Shown here one piece after another: positions 1-13,408 of a stretch of 64,000 nucleotides of DNA. How positions within the stretch are numbered: the first letter of the stretch is position 1; every line of letters starts with the position of its first letter. The DNA is from Eledone cirrhosa (lineage: Eukaryota). The notes beneath the pieces were generated by a model, which saw only the letters and a list, made by a program, of their open reading frames with translations, did not search any database and was not told the DNA's origin. The position numbers were made by a program, and so were the translations under genes. The stretch covers positions 1,240,001-1,304,000 of the forward strand of contig OZ024753.1 in assembly GCA_964016885.1 (NCBI GenBank), in the 5' to 3' direction.

Positions 1-589
1 AAGGTTGAAAGGTTTCTGATAATTGGCCTACTCGATCAGGGCAGACTTCGGGTTAAGGAACAATACCAAAAACCAGTAAGATCTACATGTATATTGTAAT
101 AACCTTGGTGAAATATTCCAGTGAAGATATCTAAAAATATTACATCTAGTTCTATGTTGCCGTATGAAAGGCGAAGCCATATAAATGCTTATTGCCATGG
201 AAATTAACTGCCACGATAATATAAATACAGAAATTAATGCAGTTACGACAGATAACCAATTATATGAATACATTAATATCACCTTTTGACTTTACAGGAA
301 ACATCTAGTTCGCCAAGTGACCTTCGAGAAATAACAATCAATGCCCATTCAAAATTATGCCATGCTGCCATTAAACAAAGAAAAGATATTCTAGATAATA
401 GAGTTCTAGATACATTACGTCTGAAAGATAGCATGCAGGCGTGGTCGAAGTATTAGTTTGCTTTGCAATCGTGAAAACAGTGGTTCGATCACATTGTGTC
501 GGTTTTAACCATTGGCTTTCGTTTTAAAAAGCATATACTGCTTTTTTTTATTTTGTCAACATAATTGTCATCATAATATTACAAATAAA

Positions 590-795
590 AGGCGGTGGAT
601 TGGCAAATATCGATAGACGGTCGGACGCCATACTTTGCAGCATAGATCTGAGTCCAAATCCCGCCGAGGTTAATGTTGTCTTTCATCCTTACGAGGTCGA
701 TAGAATAAAGTACCAGTCACGCACTGGGGTCGATTTAATCGACTTTCCCCTCCCCCAAAATTGCTGGCCTTATGCCTATATAAGAAACCAATATT
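590..795 (+). mobile_element. tRNA-derived SINE family 1 (~200 bp), representative copy
   Basis: A-box-like TGGCAGTATCGG and B-box-like GAGTTCAAATC in the family consensus, a gcctttcatccttacggggtcgataaaataaagtaccag body and an (att)n tail; about 20 copies in the window. Confidence 0.8.
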
Positions 796-1115
796 ACAAA
801 TAAAAAGAAAAGAAACAGACAAGCAGGTAATACACAGATCTAAGACCACATAGAGCAAAGGGCAAGCGAAAGAGGTGGACAAACGAACCGCTGTTATTGG
901 CTTGTCAGTTAAATTAGAAGTGGGGAGATCTCCCATATCTGAAGAACTCAACAAAAGTTCTTATATAAAATTATGATGGAAGGTTTTTTTTTTATAAACA
1001 CTTTAAAACAGTTTTCTGTCATACAACTAAAGGCAGTTTCTAGTGGTTTGGTACCAAAATGGGGTTCAAAATTCTGAAGGTGAACAAAAGAAATTCTCTG
1101 TATATCTCTCAATTC

Positions 1116-1148
<33 letters not shown>

Positions 1149-1188
1149 CATATTTTATTTTTTTTAATTCATATTTTATTTTATCCAG

Positions 1189-1308
1189 TGCGATGGAAGT
1201 TGGTGGAGATGTCGATATGGCAACTAAAGCAGAACTAAGGTGGTACGACTACATTATACATTTTTTAACCTTCTTCTGGAAAGTAATCATAGCCCTGCTG
1301 CCACCAAC
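1189..1308 (+). CDS. Na+/Ca2+ exchanger (SLC8/NCX family), internal exon; gene starts upstream of the window
   Basis: Polypyrimidine tract plus ccag acceptor; AMEVGGDVDMATKAELRWYDYIIHFLTFFWKVIIALLPP resembles the NCX DYxMHFLTxFWKVLFAxxPP segment; donor ac|gtaagt, phase 2. Confidence 0.9.
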
Positions 1309-1429
1309 GTAAGTATTCAGTTTGTCTAATATTAAACTGTTGAACATAGTCAAAGAATCACCTTGAAAGATTCCAATGTAGAATATATATGATTATTTTA
1401 ACGTATAGTTGACCCCTACTTGTGTTCTT

Positions 1430-1630
1430 CTTTGTCTTCTTCTTCTTTGTCTTCTTCTTGGAGTTGTGGGGGCAGAGTCCTTAAACATGTCCTGTCAGAA
1501 GCAACCATATCCAATTAATCTGGTTGGATCTCCAAGCAAAACCAGCCGAGCTCATAGACATCATCCAACCATCTTGATTGGGGTCAACCCCTGGTTCTCC
1601 TGGCAGGATCAGAAGAAGAACAGCCCCTAC
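1430..1630 (-). mobile_element. RTE-like LINE 3' end remnant
   Basis: Minus strand reads RRTRG*PQSRWLDDV...ASDRTC followed by a (gaa)-rich tail. Confidence 0.45.
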
Positions 1631-1789
1631 ACATGAGAATATCATTACACAGAGAATATGAAATGCTAGGTCATGCTACCTGACTTAAAGATCTGTACAG
1701 CTCTAAAATTTCCTTAAAATAAACTATATGTATGTATGTATGTATGTATGCAAATTTGTCTATATCTTTATATTTGACTTTTTTTGCAG

Positions 1790-1865
1790 GAGTTACTGCA
1801 ATGGCTGGATAACCTTTATCAGTTCTCTGACAGCAATTGGTGTTCTTACTGCTTTAGTTGAACAG
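1790..1865 (+). CDS. NCX exon (TM segment)
   Basis: tttttgcag acceptor; phase matches the previous exon; (T)SYCNGWITFISSLTAIGVLTALVEQ; donor cag|gtattt. Confidence 0.9.
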
Positions 1866-2934
1866 GTATTTGAAAGTTTTCTTAATTTCATATTTCAACA
1901 ATAGAAGATATAGGTACAATTATAATATAGATGATGAAGGTGATGATATACATCAATTATGATTGAATTAACTACTACCATATTAAAGATGACATTTTAT
2001 CAGATATCTGTAAGCATCAGGCTGAGGTTGAAGAGAGCTTATAATATCTAATATCATTTTATAAATAAAAGCTAAAAAAGTAAAATAACACAGAACAATA
2101 CAATACAATGATTGTATACTATCCACTTGATATAGTGGGAAAAGAGTGTTAACGTTTTGGGCGTTAGTCCTTCATAGGAATATAGAATAAGAGAAAGGAG
2201 AGAAGATATTTGGAAGAAAAAGGAAGTAAATTGGAAAAGGTAGATAGGAGAGCAAGCATATGTTATACAACTATTTTATGAATATTTTATTTGTCAGATT
2301 AAATGCTTTAGCAGAACACATCAGCTTGCCAGATTTTAATATAACTGATTTCTTCCAGAGAAGAAAAGAGAGTGATAGAGAAATAGAGGACTCTAGTACT
2401 GGACTGGTACTTTATTTATCCTTGAAAAGAAGAATTTGGTGTGATATGAAACTTTTTTTGAAATAGCTGTCATATTGTTCCGATATAAATACAGTCACAC
2501 AGAAGAGAGAAACATTACCAAATGCCAGGAGTTGACAAAACACTTCCTTATCATGCCAAGCGTCATCGAGACCACTGGTGTCTTCAGTCCCTAGTGCCCT
2601 GGTATGATGTGTTCACCTCCACAAAATTAGGAAGAGGTCATCTGGCCTGAGGAAGAAACATCAGGAGGTGGAGTGGCTGATGCAGCGAGTGTCTCTGGCT
2701 GTTCTCTGCGTCAATGCTTTCACTATTTTGTCTACAGCACACAGCTAAGATATACCACCCAGACTTAATATTTTTTCTTCTGTTTGTATTGCAAACCTTA
2801 TATAATGTAATTGAAATTTATCAACAAATTATGTCTAATTACAAAGTTCTCAATTAATTCATCATCATCATCGTTTAACGTCCATCTTCCACGCTTGCAT
2901 GGACGGGAAATTCAAATGTATTTTATGGTTATGA

Positions 2935-3340
2935 AAACAGAAAAGGAAGGGAAAGCCAAGGACTCTAGGGTCACAGAAGAATGGGGAGGGTGATGGGCTT
3001 AGGGTGCGGCGGTATTGGGGTTGTGCCCCGCAGACAAGACCGCAAAAGCAGTCCCGCGGTCAATGGCCAGTGACACCCACTGTAACAACCACCCCACCTC
3101 ATGGGGCTCTTTCCTCACATTCCAATCATTCCTGACATTCCCGTCTTGTGGAGGAGCTTGGCAGTACGGGTTCCAAGTATGCCTGAAGACTTGACAGCAA
3201 CCAGTGCGAAGAGGAAACAGCCGGACAATCCCTGGTATTTCCTCTGCATTACAGGCCGCAGTACCAGGGTTTGTGGCCAAAGCGACTAAGTTGGAGGTGG
3301 AGAACATATCACAACATGCGACATCCCAGATGTTATTCTT
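2935..3340 (-). mobile_element. CRE-clade-like non-LTR retrotransposon 3' fragment (restriction-like endonuclease)
   Basis: IWDVACCDMFS...AACNAEE and EPHEVGWLLQWVSLAIDRGTAFAVL resemble the CRE-type WDxTCxDT and QRxSxAxQRGNA motifs. Confidence 0.7.
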
Positions 3341-3447
3341 CATATGTACATTAGATTTTTCAGCAATATAAACCAGAAATTTCTTCTTTTTTTTTTAAAT
3401 CCCTGCAAAATGTTTATATTTTATTGGAAATATTTTATCTAAAACAG

Positions 3448-3601
3448 CTTGGAAACCTTCTAGGCTGTGTTGTTGGTTTGAAACAAAGTGTAACTGGTAT
3501 TACTATAATTGCTTTGGGAACCAGCCTACCTGATACATTTGCCAGTCGTACAGCTGCCAAACATGATAATACTGCAGATGCAGCTATAGGAAACATTACA
3601 G
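3448..3601 (+). CDS. NCX exon with alpha-2 repeat
   Basis: acag acceptor; [52 protein letters not shown] contains the GTSxPD alpha-2 signature; donor g|gtaact. Confidence 0.95.
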
Positions 3602-3745
3602 GTAACTTTTCTTTGATATTACATTGAATCTTAATTATCAACCATTGTTAATTAAAATCTAAACTATAATTTTAATTAAGTCGCATTTATTGACTTATTA
3701 ATGAACCATGTTTATTAAATGAAATATATTATGCTGAAATATATA

Positions 3746-3856
3746 CAGGGTGTCCCCCAAAAATGTATACACACTTCAACAGCATTCTAATAAATATTGC
3801 CTGTACAAGTAATCAAAGTGTGTATACACCCTGTATATATGTGTGGGGACACCCTG
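3746..3856. mobile_element. Tc1/mariner-type MITE; inverted sister copy at 41201-41303
   Basis: ta-CAGGGTGTCCCC...GGGGACACCCTG-ta termini; shared internal sequence with the second copy. Confidence 0.65.
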
Positions 3857-5058
3857 TATATATGTATGCGCGTGTGTGTGGTGGATCTCTATCACTTCTG
3901 ATGACCAGTTTTCTAGCTATCTGATCAATGGAACAGCCTCCTCCTAAAATTAACATGTAAGGAGTTGATCCTCTCACAAATACATGTCCCCTAAATTCAG
4001 TTTTGATGTATATTCAGCTTGACATGACACACTGTACATGTACTTATTTTAGCCAGCTGAGTGAACTGGAGCAATATGAAATAAAGTGTCTTGCTCAAGA
4101 ACACAACACATCACTGGGAATCAAACTCACAACCTTATGATCATGAGCTGAACACCCTAGACCCCTATGCCTTAATATATATCATCATAATCATCATCAT
4201 CATCATTTAACGTCCATTTTCCACGCTAGCATGGGTCTGGACGGGAATTTTCCCACTTGTCTTGCTCAGGACTGTCTGGCGGGTTTTCTACCCTAACACC
4301 AACCACGTTTACAGTGTGGACTGGGAGGTTTTTACCATGTTACCTACACGGCCACATTACAGCGTGGACTGTGTGTTTTTTTTTGTCGTGACACCTACAA
4401 GACCTCATTTATTTAGGACTGGATGTTGTGGTACCAACATAGCTTTACATCAAAAGGAGTGGTGTAGATGGCGGTGGGGGTAGGGTTAGTGGGACGGGGG
4501 TGTATTTTGGTTAAGAGGTGCCTACTGACTATAGGTTTCGCTTTGTACTTAGGCAAGGCGGGTCTTCTGTATTACTACGTAGCGCCAAAGATCTCGGTCC
4601 AGTGACACCCTGCAAGACAAAAAACAAAACCTGACAAAGGGTGGAAGAACTCATAAGAGTCAATGGCCATCCAAAAATGTGTAAATATGTATATACACAT
4701 GTATATATGTATATATGTATGTGTATATATATGTGAGGGGCCATAGAAATAAACAGGCTGGATACCTGACCACATAGTTAAACCATTGAAGGATCCCTAG
4801 CCTTCTTCTAGGAGAAGGCAACTCAGGAAGCTGGAATCACCTGCGGTTCACTTACTGATGATATTGATCTTTTCTTCTTTTGGGGTTATAGCTACTGTAG
4901 CTCAGAGACTGGGATTGGCTCAGTGCAGTCTTTCCTCACTTTAAAAAAAATCTTCAGGCACAGACATTGCACGATAGAATTAATTGATAATTATTAATAA
5001 TGTTGTATCGTTCAATGGCAATACTCAATAACAAGGGGGCAGCCATCATATATATGTG

Positions 5059-5125
<67 letters not shown>

Positions 5126-5331
5126 GTGTGTCATCATCATCATCATCATCAACGTTTAACGTCCGTGTTCCACGCTTGCATGGGTTTGGGCGGGGGTAGT
5201 CCCACTTGAGGCAAGAGTGATTGTCTTGCTCGCATAGGACTGTCTGGCAGGTTTTCTACAGTTGGATGCCCTTCCTATGTGTGTGTATATATATATATAT
5301 ACATGTGTGTGTATATATATATATATATACA

Positions 5332-5365
<34 letters not shown>

Positions 5366-5404
5366 CGTGTGTGTGTGTGTGTATATATATATATACACAG
5401 GTAT

Positions 5405-5800
5405 ATTATGTCAGGTCACCAGTTGGTGCTACTGGTAACATGTATCCCAGTACAACCTGTCTCGTGGTCGGGTCATTGGCGACTAAACTGGCAACCCCAC
5501 CAAGGTTTCTTGGTGAGGAGGGTGACTTTGGACATCCTGCAGGACTAAAGACAAAACCTGTCAAAGGGCAAAGGAGCTCTTGAGAATCAATGGCCATCCA
5601 AAATCACTGGGAGAGATGACCCCTTACCTTTGTCAAGGCAGAATTCTAGGAGAAGGAAAACTCTGATATAACACCTGCAACTCTGATGGTATCCAATGAT
5701 GTTGACATGTTCTTCTTTTTGGTAAATATCTTGGTTAAGAGAGTGGGACTGGCTTCGTGCAGTGCATCACTATAAAAGCTTTACGGCACAGGCATTGCAT
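5405..5800 (+). mobile_element. Interspersed repeat, RTE 5'UTR-like; related copy at ~4600-4970
   Basis: Shared blocks acaaaacctg..aaaggg..aaga..tcaatggccatccaaaa and ttctaggagaagg in both copies. Confidence 0.45.
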
Positions 5801-5937
5801 ATATATATGTGTGTGTGTGTATGTATATATATATATATGTGTGTGTATATATATGTATATATACATATATATATATATACATATATGTGTGTATATATGC
5901 ATATATATGTGTGTGTGTATATATATATATATACATA

Positions 5938-5979
<42 letters not shown>

Positions 5980-6019
5980 TATGTGTGTATATATATATAT
6001 ACATATACATATATATGTG

Positions 6020-6050
<31 letters not shown>

Positions 6051-6090
6051 ACATATATATACATATACATATATATGTGTGTATATATAC

Positions 6091-6123
<33 letters not shown>

Positions 6124-6155
6124 CATATATATGTGTGTATATATACATATATATA

Positions 6156-6199
<44 letters not shown>

Positions 6200-6208
6200 G
6201 TATATATA
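5800..6208. repeat. (TA)/(TG)/(CA) compound microsatellite
   Basis: Direct reading; similar tracts at 5050-5130, 5280-5400, 11215-11600, 12120-12270, 40168-40330 and 62460-63050. Confidence 0.95.
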
Positions 6209-6531
6209 AACCTTGGAGTTTTCCAAATTAGTAAAAACATCAGATTGCTTCGGGAAACTCCAAGTACCAAGGAAGGTGTATGCTGAGGTTGAATATGTGA
6301 TACCGTCACTCTTCTTTTTTTTTATATTGATACTCCGTCTGATACCATACACATAATACCTTGTGGAATCCCTGATGGTGAGTGCTTCTATCTTGTTACA
6401 CCATTATTTGTCAATTCTTTAGATTAACCAATACTGATTATCATAATAAATATGTATGTATGTAGTTATAAACATATATAAACATACAACACCCAACACA
6501 TCATTGTATACATTCTGTTTGCTATTTACAG

Positions 6532-6707
6532 GCAGCAATAGTGTGAATGTCTTCCTAGGACTTGGACTACCCTGGGTTATATGTAGTATGTACTACACAT
6601 TCAAAGGTGAAGCCTTCTTGGTGGCTAACAATAACTTAGCTTACAGTGTTACACTTTTCACAATGTGTGGTCTTGTTTGCGTCATCTTGCTCGTGTTCCG
6701 TAGAGTG
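6532..6707 (+). CDS. NCX exon
   Basis: tttacag acceptor; GSNSVNVFLGLGLPWVICSMYY...LLVFRRV matches NCX GSNxVNVFLGxG; donor gtg|gtaagt. Confidence 0.95.
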
Positions 6708-7074
6708 GTAAGTAATGATATTTCCCCTATTATTATTACTGTTTCTAGAAGGTGGTGGATTGGCAGAGTCTGTAGAGCATTGGACAAAATGCTTCATTGT
6801 ATTTGTTGATGGCTTTTTACATTTTGAGTTCAAATCTTACCAAGGTGTATTTTACTTTTCATCCATCTGTGTCATGTTATTAATTATTAGGGTTTAAAGC
6901 GAAATATAACAATTCCATTTTCCTTTTCACCTGTCTAATCATGATTGATAAATTACTTTAACAAAATTATGCGTGATTGTACAAATATACGTCGGAATGA
7001 TTATTGTATCTTAGCTGGCAACAACTGTGGAATTTCCATGGGTCCAATTAGTTTATTATTATTTCCTTCAGTGA

Positions 7075-7935
7075 GGGCAGTAGATTGGCTGTATTGGTAG
7101 TGTCAAACACCATACTTTGTAGCATAGACTTATGGCCCTTTACATTCTGAGTTCAAATCTCACCGAGGTTAGCTTTGCCTTTCCCCCTTATGGGGTCGAT
7201 AAAAATAAAGCACCAGTAATGCACTAGGGTCGATTTAATTAACTTTCCCTCCCCAAAAATTGCTGGCTGTGTACCTGTAGTAGAAATCATTATTATTTGG
7301 CAGTATCGGTAGAGGGTCGGACGGCCATGCTTTGATACATAGAGTTACGGCCCTTGCCATTCTGAGTTCAAATCTCGCCGAGGTTAACATTGCCTTTCAT
7401 CCTTATGGGGTCGATAAAATAAAGTACCAGTAATGTACTAGGTAATTGCTGGCCTTGTGCCAATAGTAGAAACAATTATTATTTCCTTCGGTGGTCAACT
7501 TTAACTTTAAACCTTCTGGGTTCAATAAAATAAAGTATTGTATTCAATCTAATTGGCCTTTCCCTCACTTTAAAATTGCTGGCATAAGTGACAGTCAACT
7601 ACTCTGTCTTTACTACTAAATTAGAAACCAATATTACCATCCCTTTATGTTCTGTGTTCAAATTCAAACACAGGTCAAATTTGCCTTTTACTCTTTTAAG
7701 GTTGATAAAATATAATAATGAAGTGGTCAAAAACTGGAGTCAATATAATCAGGAAATATTTTGGCAGTATCGGTAGAGCATCAGGCAACATGCTTTGCAG
7801 CATAGAGTTATGACCCTTTGTCATTCATCCTTACAGGGTCGATACAATAAAGCACCAGTAATGCACTGTGATCGATTTAATCAACTTTCCCCTCCCCCAA
7901 AATTGCTGGCCTTGTGCCTAAAGTAGAAACAATTA
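7075..7935 (+). mobile_element. Cluster of head-to-tail SINE family 1 copies
   Basis: At least three near-full copies (7075-7290, 7297-7475, 7760-7935) plus fragments. Confidence 0.8.
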
Positions 7936-8182
7936 TTATTGTCCTTTTACTTTCACTGACAAGGCATGGATCAACCTGAGGCTTTGGTAAATGATGCTTG
8001 CTCAGGATGTCACACAGTGTGATCAAACCTGAGATTTAATAATTGTAAAGTAAATAAACCAATCAGCCATGCTGTGACCACTCTAGTAGAATATCCACAG
8101 TAAGACTACCAGCAAAACTATGCAACATCCTATTTATCCATATTTATGCTTCAATAAGTTATTACAATGATGTAATGAAATA

Positions 8183-8507
8183 CAGTGGAACCTCGGTTCA
8201 CAGACTTAATTCTTTCCTAAAGGCTGTTTGTCATCCAAAATGTTCGTAAACAGAAACTATTTTTCCCATAGGAAACATGAGAAAGAAATATGGTGAGAAA
8301 GATAGATAGATATCCCCATAGTAACTAACTACACAGCAAGTGATGCTTTCCTGCCAATACTCCCAGCTTGTTGCTAACTGTTGATACCGGCTTGTGTATT
8401 CATTACTTGATACACCGTTCGTGAACTGAGATGTTTTATGTTCAGAAAGGTTGTTTGTGAACTGATTTGTTTGTGATAAGAGGTGTTTGTGAACTGAGAT
8501 TCCACTG
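8183..8507. mobile_element. pogo/Tigger-type MITE
   Basis: TIR CAGTGGAACCTCGGTTCAC / GTGAACTGAGATTCCACTG, flanked by TA on both sides. Confidence 0.75.
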
Positions 8508-9839
8508 TAATGGAAACATTTTACCATGATCTTAAACAAAAATAACAATTAACACAAAAAAGACATTCTTTTCAAGATGATAGTAATGCAAAGATCGGAT
8601 ATGATCTTCAGGAAACTTGGAATGGAACAGCTTTTAAACATAGTTTTTTTGGGGAAAAAACTAACAAAAGAGAGAGTAAGATTGATATAATTTAGAAAAC
8701 AACTCAAATTAATTATAGTAAAGAGCAAATACATTATATCAGCAGAAATCATTAAAAACAATAACATGGTAGATTGCGTTCACCTGGAGGGTGCGTAATA
8801 ACAAAGCTGATTTTATATTCTTCAGAAAATAGATCCAAACAATCATAAATGGAACTAAAACAGAAACAATCACATACTTTTAATTAAGATACTAACAATT
8901 AAACTTAAATTAGTCAAAAATAAAAGATGATTTTAAAAAAGTTTAAAGGCCCCCAACATAGAATTTGAGGCACAGATAGGATAAAAGTTTGCACCTTCAA
9001 CATTCATTGTTATTTGTTATTTTTGTTGTTGTTCTTCTTCTTATCCTCATCACCATCATCATCATCAACACCATCATCAACACCGTCATCATCATCACCG
9101 TCATCATCATCACCGTCAACACCACCATCATCAACACCATTATTATTGGATGTGCAAATGTTCAAGAACTATTAGGTGCATTTGAAGAAATATTATCAAC
9201 AGCTCACAGAGTTATTCATAATAAAGAAACAAGAGTTAAGAATCCTTGGAGAAATAATGATGGTTTAATTAGTGCTGATGAAAGAAGAGATCTGAAACAA
9301 ACCATATTGTTTTATACTTCAAAACAAAACAGTGAAGAAATTGCCATTGAACATCACCACCATCATCATCATCTCCATCATAATCACCACTACCATCACC
9401 CTCACCACCACCACTACCATCATTATCATCACCACCATCATTATTAACGTGTAAGTAACTGAGCATTTCATGAACATGACCTCTTAATGTAATTCTCAGG
9501 GAGATTCAACATCGCACAGTGTGTGACAATACTGGCTCTTTGAATTACAAGTATAGTCCTGTCTATAGCATTCCAAATAGTTTGTGTCTACTCAATTTTA
9601 CTCAAAAGGTATGGGCCTGCCCAAAACCTTATGATTGTAACTTCTTAATCACAAAATTAATTATATGAATATACAAGCCTGGTTTCACTGAGTAAGTAGT
9701 AATAATTTAGCAGAAAATATCTAAAAACAGGTTTGTTAGTCTAAATGTATATAGTACTTTTACTACTGGGCAGATCTTTGTAAACATTTACAGTATTACA
9801 TAACATAATGTATTTGTGAGTGAATAATATTTATATTAT

Positions 9840-10165
9840 AATCATCATCATCATCATCATCATCATCGTTTAACGTCCATCTTCCACACTAGCATCGGTT
9901 TGGACGTGAATTTTCCCACTTGAGGCAAGATTGGTTGTCTTGCTCGTATAGGACTGTCTGGCGGGTTTTCTACGGCTGGATGCCCTCCTAACACCAACCA
10001 CGTTTACAGTGTGGAACTGGGAGGTTTTTACCGTGTTACCTACACGGCCACATTACAGCGTGGACTGTGTGTTTTTTTGTCGTGACACCTACACAACCTC
10101 ATTTGTTTCGGACTGGATGTCGTGGTACCAACATAACTTTACATTGGAAGGGGTGGTGGGGGTAG
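9840..10165 (-). mobile_element. SINE-like repeat with RTE-type (tga)n tail; sister copy at 4190-4480
   Basis: The two copies align closely (WEVFTxLPTRPHYSVDCVFF appears in both ORF-track artefacts). Confidence 0.7.
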
Positions 10166-10917
10166 TGGGGCTGGGGTTTTATATTATTAATATTCGGTTT
10201 GTTTGCAAGCAAACAGCCTTATTAACACTATGTGTGTTTTCCAGATGACCACATCATCCTTTTGTTCCAGCAGTAGCTGAGAGAAAACAGTCAACAATTG
10301 TTTCGGAGTTGTTGCTCCTAATCGAGACTGTGTATCCTCATCGTTGCTACCTGCTGGAACTGTTAAGAATACATAGTATTCTCAAAGGTATACATCAACT
10401 GATTAGCCAAATTTGCACCCTGTTAGAGCAAAACAAATTTTGTTTTTATAACCTAAAGACTTTAATTTTTAATGTGATTTCATGTGGAACAGGATGTGAA
10501 GAGTTAAAACACCTGTCAGTGTCAGACGAAAGTGCAATTTTTCACAAAACCATTTCAATGTATTTCTGGAAGACATAATGATCTAGAGTCCTAGAATCTT
10601 TCAAGGGGAATGTTAAGATATGACATAGAGAAATTAATAATCTCCATTGTACTAGCAGGAAAATGGGGATTAAATGATGATTGATTTAATTATTAATTGC
10701 TAATGGATTTGTAAGGGTACTATTGTGACATAGAGCATGTTTTGGGCATTTTAAACCTGGTGAAGCACACACCCTCTCCATCTCTGAAAGAAGCTGATTT
10801 CTTCCAGAGAAGGAAAGAGGAGATGGGAAAGAGATATAAAAAATGTTAAAGAGGAAGTGATGGTGGTGGTTATGGTAATGATGTTCCATATTTATCACCC
10901 TTTCTTTTTTATTACAG

Positions 10918-11061
10918 ATCGTCGGTGGAGAGCTAGGAGGATCTTGGTGTGGTTCCCGCATGTGTAGCCTTTTCCTCTTTCTCTTATGGGTATTTTATAT
11001 CATTGTAATTGGCTTCAAAGCATATGGAGTGACTGTTGTCCCTTGGTTAAGCAAGCTGTAG
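10918..11061 (+). CDS. NCX terminal coding exon
   Basis: Pyrimidine tract plus ttacag; IVGGELGGSWCGSRMCSLFLFLLWVFYIIVIGFKAYGVTVVPWLSKL* contains the NCX GGELGG motif; TAG at 11059-11061; candidate AATAAA near 11180. Confidence 0.93.
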   Translation: MVGGELGGSWCGSRMCSLFLFLLWVFYIIVIGFKAYGVTVVPWLSKL

Positions 11062-12114
11062 CATGTATGATGCTCTCCCATAACAACAGTGATGTGGGTT
11101 GATAATGTGTTGCTGAACACTAAGACAGATCCTAATATCACAGCTTTGAAACACAGCATTCATAATCAATACAAGAACGAATAAATGAATGATGAATGAG
11201 TAAAAACATGAGTATATATGTATGTATATAAATATATATATGTATATATATAGATGTGTGTATATATATATATACATATACATGCATACACACACACACT
11301 CATATATATGCATACACACACACACTCATATATATGCATACACACACACACTCATACATATATATACATATACATATATATACATATATACATATATGTA
11401 CATATGTATATATATATATGTATATGTATGAGAGTGTGTGTCTGTATATATATGTGTATATATGGAAAGGAACTAACAAAGTTATATTATGTGTGTATAT
11501 ATATATAAATGTGTGTGTATGCATATATATATATGTATATATATACACATTTGTGTATATATATATGTGTGTGTGTGTCTGTGTATATATATGTATATAC
11601 ATTTATGGGTATATGAGAGTGTATGTAATCATTAAATCTATTAGTAGCGTGTCCAAATATGGAGAAAGAAAGAAGAAAACTCCCCTATATGTTTATAGCA
11701 TTTGTCACAAGGAACTCAAACAGGAAAAAATATGGTTTGCCTTTAGTTTATCTGTGTGATTGTTTTCAGATGTAAACCTGTATATGTGTGTATTTATGCT
11801 TGTGTGCATGTGGTTGATTTATATGTGTGTGTGTGTTTTCTGCATGTATTTGTGTGAGTGTGATTTTTGTAGGAAATGAACAGCTGTGGGTTTGGCAGAA
11901 ATTATAAAGAGGGCTGAGGAAATACTTGCTAAGAAGATGTCAAATATCTCCAGTTAAAATAACAAAGACAAAAATAAAAGAGAAAAAGAAAGATGAAGAA
12001 GAAGGGACAGAGTGTTAATGAAACTGGGAGAGAGAGTGGGTGATGGAAAATTTTCAAATTCCATAGGACAGTAATAAAGTGAAGAAATGTTCAGAATATG
12101 TATACACATACATG

Positions 12115-12183
<69 letters not shown>

Positions 12184-12234
12184 TAATAAATGAACAGAGA
12201 ACAAAAAACAGAGAGGCAGTACAAATGATATTTG

Positions 12235-12276
<42 letters not shown>

Positions 12277-12400
12277 AATTGAGAGAGAATAATCAATTTA
12301 GACTTACAAAATTATATATATAAAATTAAAAAACGATTAACATAAACATATATATATTAAACATAAGATAATGAGATAATTTGTAAAGGATGTAAGAACA

Positions 12401-13120
12401 TATAATTCCAAAAGGCGGCATATTTAAATAATAAATACCTGTCATAGCCTCAAATACATATTCTATCATTGCTTAAGAATATGTTTCACCAATTAAATGA
12501 CGGAGTTCAATAGCCAAAAAAATATTTAGGAGTATATTTTTTTAGTAGAGCTTTATATGATTGAAAGATTTGGGCTGCTATTTCTAGTTATCAATATACC
12601 TTTCATGTCACCAAAACAATGCTTAGTCGTAGTGGTTTAAAACCATGTGTGTTTTTTCCTTCAGTACTGGATTTGTATTAGAGGCGTGAGTTCATAGTTT
12701 GATCAACCCTGCACTAATGATCCTTTGATTTGGCTATTGAACTCAACCATTTAATTAGTGAAACATATTCTTAAGTCCTCAGATAGAATGCTTTACAGTA
12801 TTCATCCCACTCTCATTGTGCACTCTAAGTTCAAATCCCACCGTGGTCAACTTTGCCTTTTATCTTTTCAAGGTCGATAAAGTACCAGTCCAGAACTGGG
12901 ATTGATTCTTCCTCTATAGAAAAGAAATCGGCTGTATTCAGACCTGCAGAGGGTTGGTCTCCACATGTTTAAAGATGCCCTAGACACACTATATGACAGC
13001 ACTTCTACGACTCCACAGGGAGTTATAGGATTTTTATTCTTAAGCAATAATAGAATATGTATGCAATGATTAATTAATTGCAGGTATTTACAATTTAAAT
13101 ATGTCGCCTTTTAGAATTAT
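12401..13120. mobile_element. MITE-like element with ~80 bp TIRs and an internal inverted repeat
   Basis: tataattccaaaaggcggcatatttaaat... at 12401 vs ...atttaaatatgtcgccttttagaattata at 13120; internal IR 12475-12520 vs 12728-12776. Confidence 0.65.
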
Positions 13121-13408
13121 ATGTTCTTACATCCGTTACAATTTATCTCTTGTTAATGTTATATTTATATATATCAATCGTTTTTTTAATTTTATAATAA
13201 TTGCTCAAATTTATTCCTTAGAATATTTCTTAGGGCTTTCTTTACAGGTGATATGGTGCTTGTCTGAAATTTCTTTAGTCATGACATTCTTATTCTTGTT
13301 AGTAATATATATATAATGTGTGAATAAATGGTAAACAGAAATAACAAAGCAAGGCACAGTACATGGAAGAAATATATTAGTTTAATGCTTGAAATAGCAG
13401 GAAGAGAG

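Noticed and set aside
5735-6352. Long YI/CV/HT-rich ORFs (also at 11.2 kb, 40.1 kb, 60.3 kb and 61.5-63.1 kb)
   Set aside because: Translations of dinucleotide microsatellites
8989-9447. 152-aa ORF with signal-peptide-like start and poly-His end
   Set aside because: Composed of (CAT/CAC)n microsatellites around a short LINE-like fragment, inside an NCX intron
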